64,000 bases of DNA from Hydrurus foetidus (taxonomy: Eukaryota), in assembly GCA_900617105.1 (NCBI GenBank), contig UYFQ01000001.1, positions 1,240,001 through 1,304,000 on the forward strand, read 5' to 3'. A program made the position numbers and the translations under genes. Below the pieces are notes generated by a model. It was not told the DNA's origin. It did not search any database and saw nothing but the letters and a program-made list of their open reading frames with translations. Each line of letters opens with the position of its first letter. Position 1 is the first letter of the stretch. Positions 58,895 through 64,000 of the stretch are shown here, piece by piece.

Positions 58895-59824
58895 TCACGC
58901 TGCATCGGGTTTCAGCAACTCAGCGGCTAAATCCTGCGTCAGCGCCGCCACGTCTTCACGCTGTTTGAACAAAATGCCTGCCGTGTCGGCCACCACTTCG
59001 GGGTCAACCACCAGCGTATCGAGCGCCACCAGGGCTTTCGCCCATTCCACGCTTTCCGCGATGCCGGGTGCACGTTGAAAACCGCCCACAAACGGCGCAC
59101 TGCGCAGCTTGCCCACGAAGTGCGCGACCTGCGCTGAGAGCGCCTCGCTGGCCTGCGGCACTTGCATTCGCACGATGGCGAGTTCGCGTTCGCGCTCGGG
59201 GTAATCCAGCCAGTGGTAGAGGCAACGGCGCTTCACCGCGTCGTTCAAGTCACGGGTGCGGTTGCTGGTAAGGATAGTCACGGGCGGGACCACCGCCTTC
59301 ACCGTGCCGATTTCGGGGATGCTGACCTGGTATTCACCCAGGTATTCGAGCAAAAAGGCCTCGAACGGCTCATCAGCGCGGTCAACCTCGTCAATCAACA
59401 GCACCGCGCCGGGCGCAGGCGCTTGCAGGGCCTGCAACAACGGGCGGCGAATCAGGTAACGGTCTTGGTAGACCTCGCGTTCCATGTCAGTGGTTGAGGT
59501 TGAGACTGACGATAAGGCGCTATGCCCCGCTTCAGCCGCCCGCATGTGCAGCAACTGCGCGGCGTAGTTCCACTCGTACAAGGCTTCGCGCTGCTCCAGA
59601 CCGTCGTAGCACTGCAAACGCACGAGCGGGCGCTGCAACACAGCCGCCAGCGCTTTGGCCAACTCCGTTTTGCCCACGCCGGGCTCACCTTCGAGCAACA
59701 GCGGGCGCTGGAGCTTGAGGGCGAGGAAGACGGCGGTAGCAAGGCGGCGGTCGGCGTAGTAGCCGACGCCTTGGAGGGATTGGGTTAATCCGTTGATTGA
59801 GAAATCGTCAATTGAAAGCGTCAT
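58895..59824 (-). CDS. coxD: MoxR/CoxD-like AAA+ ATPase
   Basis: EGEPGVGKT, RLQCYDGL..ALYEWNY, LIDEVDRAD, TSNRTR. Confidence 0.9.
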   Translation of the reverse strand: MTLSIDDFSINGLTQSLQGVGYYADRRLATAVFLALKLQRPLLLEGEPGVGKTELAKALAAVLQRPLVRLQCYDGLEQREALYEWNYAAQLLHMRAAEAGHSALSSVSTSTTDMEREVYQDRYLIRRPLLQALQAPAPGAVLLIDEVDRADEPFEAFLLEYLGEYQVSIPEIGTVKAVVPPVTILTSNRTRDLNDAVKRRCLYHWLDYPERERELAIVRMQVPQASEALSAQVAHFVGKLRSAPFVGGFQRAPGIAESVEWAKALVALDTLVVDPEVVADTAGILFKQREDVAALTQDLAAELLKPDAA

Positions 59825-59834
59825 AGCATCCCGA

Positions 59835-60626
59835 TTAACCCACAATCTTCGCCACAGCCCGCTGCGTCTGCACGCTGATGAGGTTGGCGCGGTAGGCGGC
59901 GCTGGCGTGGATGTCGGCGTTCAAATCTGTTGAATCTATCTTCACCGCTGCCGCAGAGGCCACGGTGAAGCTCTGGTTCAGCGCGGCTTCCAAACCGGCG
60001 TGGCGGAAAACGCCGTTGCCCGCACCCGTCACGGCCACGCGCACGCCGCTGTCGGTTTTCGCGACAAACACGCCCACCATCGCAAAGCGCGAGGCGGGCT
60101 GTTTGAACTTCAAATAGGCAGCGTGGGCGGTGGCGGGGAAGCTGATGGCGGTGATGAGCTCGCCTTCGTTAAGGGCAGTCGCGAACATGCCAAGGAAGAA
60201 ATCATCGGCGGCGATGGTGCGCTCGGTGGTGTGGATGGTGGCGTTCAGGGCCAGCACCGCGCTGGGGTAGCAGGCGGCGGGGTCGTTGTTGGCGACCGAT
60301 CCGCCCAGCGTCCCCATCGCGCGGACTTGCCGGTCGCCAATGCCACCGGCCAAATCAGCCAAGGCAGGAATAGCGGCCAGCACGTCGGCGTTGGTGGCTA
60401 CATCGGCATGGCGTGTCATCGCACCAATGACAATGGCGTTACCTTCGCTGCGGATGCCTGTCAGCTCTTTGATGCCGCCCAGATCAGCCACCTGCTCAGG
60501 GGCTGAGAGGCGCAGTTTCATGGATGCCAGCATGGTTTGCCCACCCGCCAGGACTTTGGCACCGGCTGCGGCGAGTTTGGTGGCATCGGCTACCGTGGTG
60601 GGGCGCTCGAATGTGAATGCGTACAT
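59835..60626 (-). CDS. coxM: FAD-binding (medium) subunit of a xanthine dehydrogenase/CoxM-family enzyme
   Basis: LAGGQTML, IGAMTRH, QVRAMGTLGGS.ANNDP. Confidence 0.88.
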   Translation of the reverse strand: MYAFTFERPTTVADATKLAAAGAKVLAGGQTMLASMKLRLSAPEQVADLGGIKELTGIRSEGNAIVIGAMTRHADVATNADVLAAIPALADLAGGIGDRQVRAMGTLGGSVANNDPAACYPSAVLALNATIHTTERTIAADDFFLGMFATALNEGELITAISFPATAHAAYLKFKQPASRFAMVGVFVAKTDSGVRVAVTGAGNGVFRHAGLEAALNQSFTVASAAAVKIDSTDLNADIHASAAYRANLISVQTQRAVAKIVG

Positions 60627-60658
60627 GGTTGATTCCTTCTTTTTAGACGTTGGCCGCT

Positions 60659-63034
60659 TTAGACTTTGGCTGCTTGTATGGCAGCCCACACCCGCGCCGG
60701 GGAGGCAGGCATATCGAAATCAACCACCCCGACGGGGCGCAGCGCGTCCAGCACGGCGTTGATGACGGCGGGCGGCGAGCCAATCGCACCCGCTTCGCCA
60801 CAGCCTTTGGCACCCAGCGGGTTGTGGCTGCACGGGGTACAGGTGTGGCCGATTTTGAATTCAGGGAAATCGTCTGCACGGGGCATGGCGTAGTCCATGA
60901 AGCTGCCGGTCAGCAGCTGGCCGGTTTCGTCGTCGTACACGCAGTTTTCCATCATCGCTTGGCCGATGCCCTGCACCAGCCCGCCGTGGACTTGGCCTTC
61001 CACGATCATCGGGTTGATGATGGTGCCGAAATCGTCCACCGCGCTGAAGCGGTCGATGCGGGTGGTGCCGGTGGCGGGGTCGATTTCGACTTCGCAGATG
61101 TAGGTGCCGCTGGGGAAAGTGAAGTTGGTGGGGTCGTAAAACGCGGTTTCGTTCAGGCCCGGCTCCAGCTTGTCCAGCGGGTAGTTGTGCGGCACGTAGG
61201 CGGTGAGCGCAACTTGGCCGAAGGTGACTTTCTTGTCCGTGCCTTTGACGGTGAATTCACCGTTGGCGAACTCCACGTCCACGTCGCTGGCCTCCATCAA
61301 ATGGGCGGCGATCTTTTTGGCTTTGGTCTCGATTTTGTCGAGCGCCCGCATGATGGCTGACCCGCCCACCGACAGCGAGCGCGAGCCGTAAGTGCCCATG
61401 CCGAACGGTACACGACCCGTGTCGCCATGCACCACGTCTACCGCCTCCACCGCAATCCCCAAACGGGCGGCAACGACTTGGGCAAACGTGGTTTCGTGGC
61501 CCTGGCCGTGGCTGTGCGAGCCGGTGAACACCGTCACGCTGCCGGTCGGGTGAACGCGCACCTCGCCGCATTCAAACAAGCCAGCACGTGCGCCCAACGC
61601 CCCGGCGATGTTGCTGGGGGCCAAACCACAGGCTTCGATGTAGCTGCTGTAGCCGATACCGCGCAACATGCCTTTGGCGGCGCTGGCGGTTTTACGCGCC
61701 TCAAACCCGGCCACGTCAGCGAGTTCGTTGGACTTGTCCATGCTGGCGTGGAAATCTCCCACGTCGTACTGCAAGGCCACGGGCGTTTGGTAAGGGAAGC
61801 TGTCGATGAAGTTACGTTTACGGATATCGACTTGACTCAGACCCATTTCCCAGCCACAGCGGCTGACCAAGCGCTCTAGCAGGTAAGTCGCCTCGGGCCG
61901 CCCTGCCCCACGGTAGGCATCAACGGGGGCGGTGTTGGTGAACCACGCATCGATCTCGGCATAAACCAGCGGCGTGGTGTACTGCCCGGCCAACAGCGTG
62001 GCGTACAAAATCGTGGGCACTGCGGTGCTGAAGGTGGAGAGGTAAGCGCCCAGGTTGGCATCGGTGTGCACACGCAGAGCCAAGAATTTACCGTCCTTGT
62101 CCATCGCCATTTCAGCGTGGCTGACGTGGTCGCGGCCATGCGCATCAGAGAGGAAAGCCTCGCTACGGTCGCACGTCCATTTGATGCTACGGTTGAGCTG
62201 CTTGGACGCCCAGGTCAGGCACACGTCTTCGGCGTAAAGGTAAATTTTGGAGCCAAAGCCACCGCCCACATCCGGTGCAATCACGCGGACTTTGTGTTCA
62301 GGCAAGCCCAGCACAAACGCCGTCATCAGCAAGCGTTCGACGTGTGGGTTTTGGTTCGACACGTACAGCACGTACTCTTCGGTCGCCCGGTTGTACGAAC
62401 CAATCGCGGCACGCGGCTCCATCGCGTTGGGGATAAGGCGGTTGTTGATGAGATCGAGCTTGGTGACGTGTGCGGCCGTGGCGAAAACGTTGTCTACCGC
62501 GCCTTTGTCGCCAATCGACCATTTGTAGCAATGGTTGTCCGGCGCGATTTCATGCAAGGCCGTGGCTTTGGAAGCCGCGCTCACGCTGACCACCGAGGGC
62601 AGCACGTCGTAGTCCACCTCCACCGCTTCGGCGGCGTTTTTGGCCTGTTCCAAGGTGCTGGCCACCACCATTGCCACGTGGTCGCCCACATAGCGCACAC
62701 GGCCGATAGCGAGGATGGGGTGCATCGGCTCTTTCATCGGCGTGCCGTCGGCGGTGTTGTTGATGAGCCAGCCGCATGGCAGGCCACCCATCTTGCCTTC
62801 GATGTCTTTGCCCGTGAAGATTTCCACCACACCGGGCATCGCTTTGGCCGTTGCAAGCTCTATGCTTTTGATAGCAGCATGTGCATGTGGGGAGCGCACA
62901 AATACCGCATAGGTCTGGCGAGCGAGGTTGATGTCGTCGGTGTATTGGCCGGCCCCGGTCAAGAATTTGTAGTCTTCCTTGCGGCGCAAGGATTCGCCGA
63001 TATGCGGCAGTTTGGAAAAATCAGAAGCACCCAT
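60659..63034 (-). CDS. coxL: Molybdopterin (large) subunit, form II CoxL-like
   Basis: [16 protein letters not shown] (form II motif), GQGHET, GQVHGG, KGCGE. Confidence 0.9.
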   Translation of the reverse strand: MGASDFSKLPHIGESLRRKEDYKFLTGAGQYTDDINLARQTYAVFVRSPHAHAAIKSIELATAKAMPGVVEIFTGKDIEGKMGGLPCGWLINNTADGTPMKEPMHPILAIGRVRYVGDHVAMVVASTLEQAKNAAEAVEVDYDVLPSVVSVSAASKATALHEIAPDNHCYKWSIGDKGAVDNVFATAAHVTKLDLINNRLIPNAMEPRAAIGSYNRATEEYVLYVSNQNPHVERLLMTAFVLGLPEHKVRVIAPDVGGGFGSKIYLYAEDVCLTWASKQLNRSIKWTCDRSEAFLSDAHGRDHVSHAEMAMDKDGKFLALRVHTDANLGAYLSTFSTAVPTILYATLLAGQYTTPLVYAEIDAWFTNTAPVDAYRGAGRPEATYLLERLVSRCGWEMGLSQVDIRKRNFIDSFPYQTPVALQYDVGDFHASMDKSNELADVAGFEARKTASAAKGMLRGIGYSSYIEACGLAPSNIAGALGARAGLFECGEVRVHPTGSVTVFTGSHSHGQGHETTFAQVVAARLGIAVEAVDVVHGDTGRVPFGMGTYGSRSLSVGGSAIMRALDKIETKAKKIAAHLMEASDVDVEFANGEFTVKGTDKKVTFGQVALTAYVPHNYPLDKLEPGLNETAFYDPTNFTFPSGTYICEVEIDPATGTTRIDRFSAVDDFGTIINPMIVEGQVHGGLVQGIGQAMMENCVYDDETGQLLTGSFMDYAMPRADDFPEFKIGHTCTPCSHNPLGAKGCGEAGAIGSPPAVINAVLDALRPVGVVDFDMPASPARVWAAIQAAKV

Positions 63035-63057
63035 CTTTGATCTCCTTAATGTGAGGT

Positions 63058-63528
63058 TCAGGCCGCAGCCATGGCAGCCGCGCCGGTCTGCACCGCTTTG
63101 ACGATGTTTTGGTAGCCCGTGCAGCGGCACAGGTTGCCCTCCAGCAGTTCGCGGATCTCGCCCGCGCTGGCGTTGGGGTGGTTTTTGCAAAGGTCGATGG
63201 AACTCATCACCATACCGGGTGTGCAGTAGCCGCATTGCAGGCCGTGGCATTCTTTGAACGCCGCCTGCATCGGGTGCATGGTGCCGTCAGCAGCCGCTAA
63301 GCCTTCGATGGTGCTGACCTCCGCGCCCTCGTGCTGCACGGCCAGCGTGTTGCATGATTTGATGGCACGGCCATTGACGATGACGGTACACGCGCCACAC
63401 TGCGCCGTGTCGCAACCCACATGGGTGCCGGTCAGTTGGAGGTGTTCGCGCAGCACCTGCACGAGCAAGGTGTTAGGGGGAACGTCAACACTGGCGGCGC
63501 GGCCATTGACTTTAAGGTTTACCTGCAT
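63058..63528 (-). CDS. coxS: 2x[2Fe-2S] (small) subunit, CoxS-like
   Basis: [36 protein letters not shown] before ATG 63528. Confidence 0.92.
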   Translation of the reverse strand: MQVNLKVNGRAASVDVPPNTLLVQVLREHLQLTGTHVGCDTAQCGACTVIVNGRAIKSCNTLAVQHEGAEVSTIEGLAAADGTMHPMQAAFKECHGLQCGYCTPGMVMSSIDLCKNHPNASAGEIRELLEGNLCRCTGYQNIVKAVQTGAAAMAAA

Positions 63529-63664
63529 GGTGGGGTCTCCGTGGGGGGATTGAAGAAACGCTGTTGTGTCTGCGCTGCCATTGTTGGATGCACCTGTCTG
63601 CACACGACTAGGCGAAACCCTAGGAGAATGCAGCAAGCCACGGGATATTCTCAATATTGAACAT

Positions 63665-64000
63665 ATGCAAACCCTCGCCACCCCATCCTCATCAGATCGA
63701 CTCCAGCACATCCACACAGCGCGCATGGCACTGTTACCCGATGACAACAAAACCCGTGCGGTGCCCGCTGGCACGCCCGGCCTGACGCACAGAGGCCATG
63801 CAGGCCTTGATCCGTGGATAGAGCGGTCTTGGCAACGTTGCTTGGCCCAGGGGAAACGCCCTGGCGATCACCTCGTATTTGATGCCGTCAGCAGCGAGAT
63901 GACGCGGCGTGTGGTGGAGGCGAGTCGCCACTTGCTGTTGGCCGCCCGCCCCGTGCTGGGGCAATTGGCCCATGCCATGGCCCACACCCGCTACTTTGCC
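63665..64000 (+). CDS. GAF-domain transcriptional regulator (AcoR-like N-terminus), 3'-truncated by window edge
   Basis: Frame open to the end; WIERSWQRC motif; divergent from coxS; absent from the ORF track because it has no stop in the window. Confidence 0.75.
   Translation, partial: MQTLATPSSSDRLQHIHTARMALLPDDNKTRAVPAGTPGLTHRGHAGLDPWIERSWQRCLAQGKRPGDHLVFDAVSSEMTRRVVEASRHLLLAARPVLGQLAHAMAHTRYFA

Noticed and set aside
59835..63528. Aerobic carbon monoxide dehydrogenase
   Set aside because: Lacks the form I AYXCSFR motif and M-S-L order; CO oxidation cannot be claimed.
1..64000. tRNA, rRNA, prophage, transposase or integrase genes
   Set aside because: None recognised by eye; small structured RNAs cannot be excluded without covariance-model searches.

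Overview
GC-rich betaproteobacterial chromosome segment. Gene content and repeat families suggest Comamonadaceae (Rhodoferax-like); this is an inference. The window spans the replication terminus: a 28-bp dif site lies at 53503-53530, and KOPS-like octamers switch polarity around it. Gene content is mostly ordinary: RND efflux, sbcB, nth, ylqF/rbgA, nudC, glutaminase, scoAB, phoD, ygiQ, several c-di-GMP, chemotaxis and two-component genes, three intact type II toxin-antitoxin modules plus decayed remnants, and a form II cox-like molybdo-flavoprotein cluster. The most interesting signals are non-coding. (1) A dispersed, fixed-spacing ~50-60 bp motif (GGC-N~19-GC-N7-GCTAY-N7-RTAGC) occurs about 17 times, including inside conserved coding sequence. 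(2) An 11-bp-period TGGCTTTG direct-repeat box is shared by three promoters around an OmpR-family two-component system (serine hydrolase, sterol-desaturase-like and ABC/membrane genes). (3) A duplicated module of an IHF-like site plus degenerate DnaA boxes sits upstream of ylqF. (4) An AGGG-N4-CCCT promoter palindrome recurs. (5) An FNR-box promoter precedes an Aer plus heme-PAS c-di-GMP pair. All calls were made by eye from the sequence and ORF track; no database searches were run.
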